DNA of 45,005 nt, from positions 1 through 45,005 of the IMG/VR virus record IMGVR_UViG_3300045988_045233; one strand, given 5' to 3'. The first letter of the stretch is position 1. The number at the start of each line of letters is the position of its first letter. The notes below the pieces were generated by a model. That model saw nothing but the letters and a program-made list of their open reading frames with translations, was not told the origin of the DNA and ran no database searches. The position numbers and the translations under genes are program-made. Source of the DNA: a virus. Positions 9,710-16,324 of the stretch are shown here, in pieces.

Positions 9710-10078
9710 ATGAAAACATACACTATTACCTTTGCCGATGGGACAAAGCTCGAAAACTTGACCCTGAACCCCGGTGCGAATACATTTCACTCTCCCGCAG
9801 AGATCACGGAGGACACGTTTGACGGCAAGCTGTCGGAGGTGCATATCTCTGCCAGAGACGGCGATATGACCGGGTGTGCTTACCCGGACACCCTGCACGA
9901 TGCAGAGCTTGTGCAGATCATGCAGCCTGCTGACACCCCGGACGGCCAGTGGCAGTTTATCTTGCGAGAAATTCCAGAGGACGAAGCCGCTAAAGCCAAG
10001 ACTGAAAAACGTTTCACTTCGTTGGAATCGGCAAACGACGACCTTGTGCTCATGATGGCTGATTTGATTGGAGGTTAA
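9710..10078 (+). CDS. Hypothetical protein (possible fibre accessory)
   Basis: ATG at 9710 after AAGGAGGG. The track start at 9560 lies inside the fibre gene. Confidence 0.5.
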   Translation: MKTYTITFADGTKLENLTLNPGANTFHSPAEITEDTFDGKLSEVHISARDGDMTGCAYPDTLHDAELVQIMQPADTPDGQWQFILREIPEDEAAKAKTEKRFTSLESANDDLVLMMADLIGG

Positions 10079-10082
10079 AACT

Positions 10083-10235
10083 ATGAAGACTTTGAACGCA
10101 TTAAAACTTCGCATCATGGTGCGGGCATTCCGCATCCGGCTGGCCGCTGGTGAGACCTTTGAGGATATCGCGGCGGATTACCTGGCTCTGACAGCTGACG
10201 ACCTGGAAGCCATCAAAGAAGCCCTTTGGCAGTAA
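10083..10235 (+). CDS. Small hypothetical protein (50 aa), at the position of the PBSX xkdX-like gene
   Basis: ATG at 10083, TAA at 10233-10235, tightly packed between neighbouring genes. Confidence 0.35.
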   Translation: MKTLNALKLRIMVRAFRIRLAAGETFEDIAADYLALTADDLEAIKEALWQ

Positions 10236-10246
10236 GGAAGCGTGGA

Positions 10247-11032
10247 ATGAAAACACTTTTTGATTTTATCTCCAAGCTGCTGGCGGCGCTCTCCCACGCT
10301 GCCGGTGACAGCGCCGACAAGGAAGAACCTGCCCCCGCACCGGACGTGCCCACTGTGGACACCGTGACCGGATGGGCAGGGGAACCGCCCTACCGGTACA
10401 TTGACGTGAGCCGGTGGCAGGGAAAAATCAAAATGGAGGGCTGGGCGCAGGTAAAAGTGGCAGGCTACAAAGGCGTGATGCTGCGGGCCGTAGGGAGCCG
10501 CAACAGTGTGCCCTACATCGACCCCACCTTCGAGGGCAACTATGCCAACGCAAAAGCGGCAGGGCTGGACGTGGGCGTGTACTACTACACCAACGCCTCC
10601 TGCGAGAAGCTGGCAGACCGGGAGCTTGCCGTGCTGCGGAAGGCCCTGGTCGGGAAAGAGATGACCATGCCGGTAGCAGTGGATCTGGAATCGCCGAGTC
10701 TTGCCGGGATGCCCTATGGGGACTTATCCAATCTGGCAGCCTATCATCTTGAGCAGATCGAGAAGATGGGGTTCTACGCCCAGCTCTACACCTACACGAG
10801 CTACGCCAACGTCCATCTGGACATGGCAAGGCTTGCAGGGCGGTGGGACGTGTGGCTTGCTGACTACACTGGCAAGACCCCGAAGGTGGATTTCAAGTAC
10901 AGTGCCCACCAGCACACCAGCAAGGGCAGCGTGCCGGGCATCTCCGGCAACGTTGACCTCAACGTGACCACCCTCAACTACCCCCGTATCATCCGCAAGA
11001 AGGGCCTGACCCGTCTCCGGGAGGGTGCATGA
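10247..11032 (+). CDS. Endolysin, glycoside hydrolase family 25 muramidase
   Basis: YIDVSRWQG and VAVDLE motifs of GH25. ATG at 10247 after GGAAGCGTGGA. No recognisable cell-wall-binding domain. Confidence 0.8.
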   Translation: MKTLFDFISKLLAALSHAAGDSADKEEPAPAPDVPTVDTVTGWAGEPPYRYIDVSRWQGKIKMEGWAQVKVAGYKGVMLRAVGSRNSVPYIDPTFEGNYANAKAAGLDVGVYYYTNASCEKLADRELAVLRKALVGKEMTMPVAVDLESPSLAGMPYGDLSNLAAYHLEQIEKMGFYAQLYTYTSYANVHLDMARLAGRWDVWLADYTGKTPKVDFKYSAHQHTSKGSVPGISGNVDLNVTTLNYPRIIRKKGLTRLREGA

Positions 11033-11286
11033 GCGACGCTATCATCGTAGCACTCATCACTGGCGGCCTGAGCCTGATCGGCGTGCTTATCTCTAACAGC
11101 AGGGCCGCTCAAAACATGGACGCAAAGTTAGAAAAACAGCAGGCCATTACTGACACTAAGCTGGACGAGCTGACCCGGGAAGTCCGGACACACAACAATT
11201 TCGCCCAGCGCATCCCGGTGCTTGAAGAGCAGATGAAGGTGGCAAACCACCGCATTGCAGACCTTGAAAAAGAGAGAGGAGAGTAA
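11029..11286 (+). CDS. Holin-like membrane protein (one N-terminal TM plus coiled coil, BhlA/UviB-like architecture)
   Basis: 85 aa with hydrophobic residues at 4-24. ATGA overlap with the endolysin gene. Confidence 0.5.
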   Translation: MSDAIIVALITGGLSLIGVLISNSRAAQNMDAKLEKQQAITDTKLDELTREVRTHNNFAQRIPVLEEQMKVANHRIADLEKERGE

Positions 11287-11289
11287 TAC

Positions 11290-11628
11290 ATGGCAACAAT
11301 CAATAACATTTTGGGCATCATTCCCGTGCCGGTGGCCCTCGTGCTCATGATGGGCGGCTTCATCTTTTACGCCCTGGGCTGCATTCGGCTGGGCTATGGT
11401 GCCGTTGTCAAGGGCACTGTGCTTGACCTGATCGAGCAGGCAGAGCACGAAATTCAGGGAACCAAGAGAGGCGCAGAGCGTAAGGCGTGGGTCGTTAAGA
11501 TGCTTCGCGCTGCTCTGAGTACCAGCAAATACGGCAGGCTCATCAGCTGGGCCATCACCGATGAAACCATCGGCACCGTGATCCAGTTTTTCTTTGACCG
11601 CATGAAAGCGGCGCTGGAAAAGCAGTAA
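11290..11628 (+). CDS. Holin, LL-H-like
   Basis: 112 aa, N-terminal TM, GTKRGAERKAWVVKML motif typical of LL-H family holins. Confidence 0.55.
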   Translation: MATINNILGIIPVPVALVLMMGGFIFYALGCIRLGYGAVVKGTVLDLIEQAEHEIQGTKRGAERKAWVVKMLRAALSTSKYGRLISWAITDETIGTVIQFFFDRMKAALEKQ

Positions 11629-11638
11629 GGAGGATATC

Positions 11639-12050
11639 ATGGCAAGCACTACATACGAGCATTTTGTTGACATCAACAAAATGTACGCCGCACAAGAGCA
11701 ATTTCGGCACGTCACGAAAATGGTCTGCGATTTTGTTGGCCTTAACAAAATCGACCATTTTGCCGTGCTTGGCAATATGGTGCGCAACGCCGGAGAGTTG
11801 CCGCAGCCTTTCTGGCTCGGTGCTGCCTGTGGCGGCGGCTCGTGTAGTGCTGCCCGCTGCGTTGCAAGGCCTTGACCGACAGCAGATGACCGCCGCCATT
11901 AAAAGCGCACCGCTTGGGAGGGTAGACCGAAAGATAGCTCTTTTGCGGTACGTTGAGCGGCTCCCGCTGCCGGACATCGCAGCGCAGACGCATTACAGCC
12001 GGACGGCGGTAGGCTACCGGCTGAAAAGCATTGCAAAAGTTTTTGAGTAA
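11639..12050 (+). pseudogene. Split or frameshifted sigma-70 region-4-like HTH regulator
   Basis: A strong RBS (TAAGGAGG) and ATG at 11639 open a frame that stops at 11873-11875. The +1 frame carries the HTH (RKIALLRYVERLPLPDIAAQTHYSRTAVGYRLKSIAKVFE) through to 12050 but has no convincing start of its own. Confidence 0.4.
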
Positions 12051-12056
12051 AGTAAA

Positions 12057-12098
12057 CCCCCGGTGTTCCGTTTGGAGCATCGGGGGCCTTTTTATTTA
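12057..12098. terminator. Bidirectional intrinsic terminator between convergent genes
   Basis: 9-bp stem CCCCCGGTG/CATCGGGGG (one G-U pair) followed by CCTTTTTATTT. The reverse strand also has a T-rich tail. Confidence 0.6.
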
Positions 12099-12887
12099 TG
12101 CGAGCTGTTCAGCAGGGGCGGGGAGTACCTTGCGTTCCTTCGCTTTCTGCTCGGCCTGTTCCTTCACGGTCAAATAGCCGTGGTCGTACATCTGCTTGTA
12201 GATAAAAGCCTGCCCGGTGCGGTTCCAGCGGGTGTTCTCTTTGGTCTCACCGTTGCCAATTTCAACCGGAATACTTACAGTATAACCTTTATCGATATAC
12301 TTCCGCTTCGGGATCCACTGCCCATTCACTTTGCGCTGGATGCCCCATTCTTCCAGCAGCTTATTGAGCTTGTTGGCCGTCATACCAAAATTGAGCGCAA
12401 TTTGCGTCATGGTGAGCGTTTCGTCACTCAAAAGCATATTGTGGGCGTACTTGGCGGCGGGCTTGAGCTTGGCGTTTTCCTTTTCGAGCTGTTTGGAGCG
12501 TTCCTGTTCCCGGGCAATGATGCCCTGCGCCATCACCAGCGCTTTGGATAGTGCCAGCTCCGGCGGTTCAGGTTCGGGCGTGGTCAGCTTCTTCTCCATC
12601 TCGTTAAAGGCTTGGATGTACTTCAATTTCCAGTCAAGCGCTTCATCACCAGTAAAACCAAAGGTGAGCAAGGAGAACCCGTCGCGGTTCATCAAGTACA
12701 TGGGGTACAGCTTTCCTCGGTTTTCAAACGTGGTTTCGTAAAAAAATGATTTGGTGGCGCAATTTTGCGCCGCCAGATTCTCAATAGCGCGGAGAACATC
12801 TTTGTGGTTCTTGCCAAAACGCTCCGCCACTTCCCGGCTGGATACCACGGCCTGTCCGTTCTGGGTGGAAAGAACAATATCACTCAT
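12096..12887 (-). CDS. Antirepressor, Rha N-terminal domain plus KilAC (ANT) C-terminal domain
   Basis: The N-terminal pattern (SSREVAERFGKNHKDVLRAIENL, YLMNRDGFSLL) is Rha family. The C-terminal LTMTQIALNFGMTANKLNKLLEEWGIQ is KilAC-like. Confidence 0.8.
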   Translation of the reverse strand: MSDIVLSTQNGQAVVSSREVAERFGKNHKDVLRAIENLAAQNCATKSFFYETTFENRGKLYPMYLMNRDGFSLLTFGFTGDEALDWKLKYIQAFNEMEKKLTTPEPEPPELALSKALVMAQGIIAREQERSKQLEKENAKLKPAAKYAHNMLLSDETLTMTQIALNFGMTANKLNKLLEEWGIQRKVNGQWIPKRKYIDKGYTVSIPVEIGNGETKENTRWNRTGQAFIYKQMYDHGYLTVKEQAEQKAKERKVLPAPAEQLA

Positions 12888-13045
12888 GCGCCCACCGCCT
12901 TTTTACCGGCCTTTACACCCTCTGCATAAGCGAAGTTCATAAGTTTGCAGACATCATCGGCGCAGTCTCTCAGCGTTTCATTAAGGTCGGCATCGGTCAA
13001 GCCAGACAGCTTCAGGAGAAAATCGCGCGTAAAAGGATAGTTCAT
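12884..13045 (-). CDS. Small hypothetical protein (53 aa), coupled to the antirepressor
   Basis: ATG at 13045. Its stop overlaps the antirepressor ATG (ATGA). Confidence 0.4.
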   Translation of the reverse strand: MNYPFTRDFLLKLSGLTDADLNETLRDCADDVCKLMNFAYAEGVKAGKKAVGA

Positions 13046-13135
13046 TGTAAAATACCTTTACTTTCTCCGTGAAATAATATAAAATAAAGGTACAAGAGGG
13101 GCTTTTGCTATGGTTGCTTCTTGTGCTTGGAGTGA

Positions 13136-13231
13136 TTAGCTGTTACGAGCGGCTAACCACTCTTTTTTATATTGCTCAAACAATTTGCGCTGCTGTTCAC
13201 GGTTCAGCCGTTGAAACTCTTTGAACTTCAT
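13136..13231 (-). CDS. Small hypothetical peptide (31 aa)
   Basis: ATG at 13231 preceded by AAAGGAGG. First ORF downstream of the minus-strand promoter. Confidence 0.35.
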   Translation of the reverse strand: MKFKEFQRLNREQQRKLFEQYKKEWLAARNS

Positions 13232-13268
13232 GGGCGTCCTCCTTTCCGCCCCTCTTGACCATACGTCT

Positions 13269-13297
13269 ATTATAATACGGTTTACAGCATATGTAAA
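13269..13297 (-). promoter_or_regulatory. Sigma-70-type promoter for the antirepressor operon
   Basis: On the minus strand: TTTACA (13297-13292), 17-nt spacer, TATAAT (13274-13269). Confidence 0.45.
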
Positions 13298-13313
13298 TTG
13301 TCACATTGTATAA

Positions 13314-13353
13314 TGTTTACCGCATAATTTTGTTTAATTTTATAGTGTAAACA
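13314..13353. promoter_or_regulatory. Inverted-repeat operator candidates TGTTTAC...GTAAACA
   Basis: TGTTTAC at 13314-13320 and GTAAACA at 13347-13353. Related half-sites GTTTACA at 13280-13286 and TGTAAA at 13292-13297 overlap both promoters. Confidence 0.45.
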
Positions 13354-13374
13354 GTGTTGCAAATGTGCTATAAT
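13346..13374 (+). promoter_or_regulatory. Extended -10 promoter for the ribbon-helix-helix gene
   Basis: TGcTATAAT at 13366-13374, with a weak -35 TGTAAA 17 nt upstream. Confidence 0.45.
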
Positions 13375-13416
13375 AGCATCGGGAAGCTTTTCTGAAAGTT
13401 GAAAGGAGGGAAAAGC

Positions 13417-13683
13417 ATGACTTCGGAATCTCAAAAAAGAGCAAATGCCAAATGGGACAAGGAGAACATGACGGTGCTGGCCTGCAAGGTGAGGAAGGAA
13501 GTTGCTGACAAGTTTAAAGCAGCTTGTGCGGCAGAAAATACGACCTCGAACGCCGTTTTACAGCAGGCAGTGCGGGACTATATCAATGCTCATCCCGTGC
13601 CGGAAGAGCCAAAAGCGCCACCGGGAGATGCAGAGACGGAAACCCGGCGGGCTGCACTGCTGGAACAAATCAAGAATCTGTAA
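13417..13683 (+). CDS. Ribbon-helix-helix (CopG/Arc/Mnt-like) DNA-binding protein
   Basis: 88 aa, ATG at 13417 after GAAAGGAGGG. The N-terminal beta-strand plus two-helix pattern (KENMTVLACKVRKEVADKFKAACAAENTTSNAVLQQAVRDYI) fits the fold. Confidence 0.65.
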   Translation: MTSESQKRANAKWDKENMTVLACKVRKEVADKFKAACAAENTTSNAVLQQAVRDYINAHPVPEEPKAPPGDAETETRRAALLEQIKNL

Positions 13684-13832
13684 AATAGAATAGCTGAAAA
13701 TTAAGCGCTCATGCGGTGTAATGTCGTGTGGGCGCTTTTTCTTTTTGTCCTTCGTTGTGCGTTCGTTGACTCTCTCGGCGGTTTAAAAAGGTAAACTGGT
13801 GCTACAAGATCAAGAAAGGACGGGGAAGCTTT

Positions 13833-14282
13833 ATGGCGTATCCTTTTGGCGGCTGGCAATCGAACCCTTACAGTGGGATGCCACCGATTGGCTTTGGGCA
13901 AGGCCAGTATCAGCAGCAAATGGCCCAGCAGGCCGCTCCACAGAGCGGGGGACAAAGCCCCTTCACGATGGTGCCAACCATCGCAGACGTGGACAAGGTT
14001 ATGGTGCAGCCCGGCGAAACGCGCTGGATCATGGTGCAAAACGAGCCTGTTATGGCTGTCAAAAAAGCAGACACGATGGGCTATGCCTCCGGCGAGTACT
14101 ACCGCCTGACAAAGATCGACCCGGCGGCGATGCAGACCCCGGCAGAGGCGCAGTATCTGACCTCTGCACAGGCAGATCAGAAGATACAGGCTGCCGTAAA
14201 GGCCGAGGTGGAGCGCGTGATGGCGCAGTATCAGACGGCCCCGGCGGCTCCTGCAAGGACCGCACGGGCAAAGGAGGGTTAA
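13833..14282 (+). CDS. Hypothetical protein, Gln/Gly/Pro-rich N-terminus
   Basis: 149 aa. First gene of the attP-proximal cargo cassette. Confidence 0.55.
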   Translation: MAYPFGGWQSNPYSGMPPIGFGQGQYQQQMAQQAAPQSGGQSPFTMVPTIADVDKVMVQPGETRWIMVQNEPVMAVKKADTMGYASGEYYRLTKIDPAAMQTPAEAQYLTSAQADQKIQAAVKAEVERVMAQYQTAPAAPARTARAKEG

Positions 14283-14285
14283 GGT

Positions 14286-14513
14286 ATGGCAAATCCCTTG
14301 ATGCAGTTTCTGGGCGGCACCTCCGGCCCATCCATGCCCAGCCCGATGGGCAATGTGATGCAGCTTCTCCGGCAGTTTCAGCAGTTCCGCTCCGCTTTCC
14401 AGGGAGATCCCCAAAAGCAGGTGGAAGAGCTGCGCAAGTCCGGTAAGATGTCAGATGAGCAGTACCACCAGCTGGAAGCGATGGCAAAGCAGATCATACC
14501 TTTCATCAAGTAA
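14286..14513 (+). CDS. Hypothetical small helical protein
   Basis: 75 aa, 3-nt gap from the upstream gene, Gln-rich helices. Confidence 0.55.
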   Translation: MANPLMQFLGGTSGPSMPSPMGNVMQLLRQFQQFRSAFQGDPQKQVEELRKSGKMSDEQYHQLEAMAKQIIPFIK

Positions 14514-14573
14514 TCGAAAAATCGTGGCCACGATTTGAAATAATTTCACTATTCGCAAGAAAGGAAATCAACT

Positions 14574-15215
14574 ATGGATAACATGTCTTTGAGCGATATC
14601 GCTGCCGTGACCCGTGGCAACGATAACGACGGCTGGGGCCAGGGCGGCGCGTGGTGGATCATCATCCTCTTTTTGTTCGTCTTTATGGGCGGCAATGGTC
14701 TCTGGGGCAACCGCACCGGCGAGTACGGCCAGTATGCCACCGCGGCAAGCCAGCAGGAAATCCTCTATGGCCAGCAGTTTGGCCAGCTGAACGACCGCCT
14801 GACCAACATCGGCAACGGTATCTGTAATCTCGGTTATGAGATGCAGGGCAATATCGGTCAGCTGGGCAAAGAGGTTGCTCTGGCTCAGGCAGGCACCAAC
14901 ACCACCATCCTGCAGACCGGCAACGGCATCCAGGCACAGCTTGCTCAGTGCTGCTGCGACAACCGGCTGGCGACTGCCAACCTGGCAGCCCAGATGGACA
15001 AGCAGACCTGCGCGATCAACTCCAACATTGACGCAAAGTTTGCCGAGCTGCAGAAGAACCAGCTTGAGCAGACCATCGCGGCACAGGCCCAGCGGATCAG
15101 TCAGCTGGAGCTGGCCTCCCAGATGTACGGCGTTGTGAAGTACCCCAACGGCTACTCCTACAATGCGGGCCCGAGCCCCTTCTGCGGCTGCAATAACGGC
15201 TGCGGCAACATCTAA
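14574..15215 (+). CDS. Hypothetical membrane-anchored coiled-coil protein with Cys-rich motifs
   Basis: 213 aa. TM segment GGAWWIIILFLFVFMGG, long Gln/Asn-rich coiled region, CCCDN motif and C-terminal FCGCNNGCGNI. Confidence 0.6.
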   Translation: MDNMSLSDIAAVTRGNDNDGWGQGGAWWIIILFLFVFMGGNGLWGNRTGEYGQYATAASQQEILYGQQFGQLNDRLTNIGNGICNLGYEMQGNIGQLGKEVALAQAGTNTTILQTGNGIQAQLAQCCCDNRLATANLAAQMDKQTCAINSNIDAKFAELQKNQLEQTIAAQAQRISQLELASQMYGVVKYPNGYSYNAGPSPFCGCNNGCGNI

Positions 15216-15290
15216 CACATACGCCCTTTTGGCGAGGTTCGGCGGGGCGGCAAAGGCTGCTCCGCCTTTTATATAAGGAAGGAGATTTTT

Positions 15291-15692
15291 ATGTCTAAAT
15301 CTGCTATTTATACCGCCAACACCTCGGCTCAGACCGTGGCGGTAAACGATATTATTCCTGTCGGCACCACTTCCCGGCGGTTTGGCTGCAACATTCGGCA
15401 GGACGGCAACACCATCACCCTGTTGGGTCAGGGCTACTACCATGTGACCGTGTCCGCTACACTGGCTCCCACGGCTGCGGGCACTGTGACCCTGACCGGC
15501 CAGAAGGACGGCGTGGCTGTCATCGGCGCTACCGCTTCTCAGGCTGTGGCCACTGCGGCTGCACCGACCAATCTGGCATTGACTTTCCTGGTGCGCAATG
15601 CGTGCGGCTGCGAAAGCTCTATCCTGAGCTTCCTGCTGACCGGTACTGCTGCCGCGGTGAACAATATGGCTGTGGCCGTGGAAAAACTGTAA
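15291..15692 (+). CDS. Hypothetical beta-rich protein, BclA-C-terminal/C1q-like pattern
   Basis: 133 aa, RBS AAGGAAGGAG. Ala/Thr/Val-rich beta-strand pattern (GYYHVTVSATL, LTFLVRN). Confidence 0.5.
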   Translation: MSKSAIYTANTSAQTVAVNDIIPVGTTSRRFGCNIRQDGNTITLLGQGYYHVTVSATLAPTAAGTVTLTGQKDGVAVIGATASQAVATAAAPTNLALTFLVRNACGCESSILSFLLTGTAAAVNNMAVAVEKL

Positions 15693-15708
15693 GGGGGAGG
15701 ACCTGGTT

Positions 15709-16047
15709 ATGATGGACGAAGCAAAGTTTGCAGGGTATAAGGACACACTCGTTCATGCTGCAAAGCAAATGGCCGAAGAGTACAGCGATGCGATGAACTA
15801 CGCAAGCATGGCAATGGACTATAAAACTGTCTGCCCCTACGCTTCTTCTGAGTGGTATAAGCTCTCTGGGGAAGAAATGGAGCACGCTGACGCAAACCGC
15901 CGCATTGCACAGAAAATCCTTACCGGCGTTGACAGCGAGGATTCTGCAGCAGGCGTAGAGCTGCATCACATGTGGAGCATGGCGGAAGACCTTGTTTCTG
16001 GCCTGTGCGAAGCCGTTACAAAAGAACGCTCCGCATACATGCGTTGA
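15709..16047 (+). CDS. Hypothetical helical protein with an EEMEH motif
   Basis: 112 aa. Last gene before attP. Confidence 0.5.
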   Translation: MMDEAKFAGYKDTLVHAAKQMAEEYSDAMNYASMAMDYKTVCPYASSEWYKLSGEEMEHADANRRIAQKILTGVDSEDSAAGVELHHMWSMAEDLVSGLCEAVTKERSAYMR

Positions 16048-16116
16048 ATTTTTGCAACATTTGTTGTAAGATAAGGCGGGCGATTTATCGCTTTTAGAAT
16101 ACGCCATAAGCGAACA

Positions 16117-16127
16117 ACAAGCTAACA
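16117..16127 (+). repeat. Candidate integrase arm-type site ACAAGCTAACA (P arm)
   Basis: Exact 11-mer, repeated in direct orientation at 16311-16321 on the other side of the core. Confidence 0.45.
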
Positions 16128-16162
16128 CTTACTGCAAAAATAGCATAAATACGAAAAATATT

Positions 16163-16212
16163 ATTGATTTGTAATCAGTGGGTTGCAGGTTCAACTCCTG
16201 TCACCAGCTCCA
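16163..16212 (+). other. attP core: 3' 50 nt of a tRNA-Thr(UGU) gene (anticodon arm through CCA)
   Basis: ATTGA-TTTGTAA-TCAGT anticodon arm (anticodon TGT), GCAGG-TTCAACT-CCTGT T arm, CACCAGC acceptor strand, T, CCA. No D arm or 5' acceptor strand lies upstream. The integrase gene is adjacent. Confidence 0.7.
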
Positions 16213-16217
16213 AAAAA

Positions 16218-16265
16218 ATGCCGTTCATTCGTGATATTGAATCACATGAACGGCATTTTCTTTTG
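16218..16265 (+). terminator. Intrinsic terminator following the tRNA fragment
   Basis: Perfect 11-bp stem ATGCCGTTCAT/ATGAACGGCAT followed by TTTTCTTTT. Confidence 0.65.
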
Positions 16266-16310
16266 CGAAAACACGGCAAAAATCGGTAATAATCCGGAAT
16301 AAACTAACAA

Positions 16311-16321
16311 ACAAGCTAACA
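16311..16321 (+). repeat. Candidate integrase arm-type site ACAAGCTAACA (P' arm)
   Basis: Second exact copy. A partial CTAACA lies at 16304-16309. Confidence 0.45.
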
Positions 16322-16324
16322 AAA

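Noticed and set aside
13255-13276. Plus-strand promoter TTGACC / TATAAT at 13255-13276.
   Set aside because: The spacer is only 10 nt. The TATAAT-containing sequence is better explained as the minus-strand -10 (ATTATA at 13269-13274), with TTTACA 17 nt away.
13703-13746. Intrinsic terminator after the RHH gene (AAGCGC...GCGCTT plus a T-tract).
   Set aside because: The stem is only 6 bp around a 23-nt loop with little internal pairing. That is too weak to annotate as a feature, although the T-tract is good. It may still be a partial terminator separating RHH from the cargo cassette.
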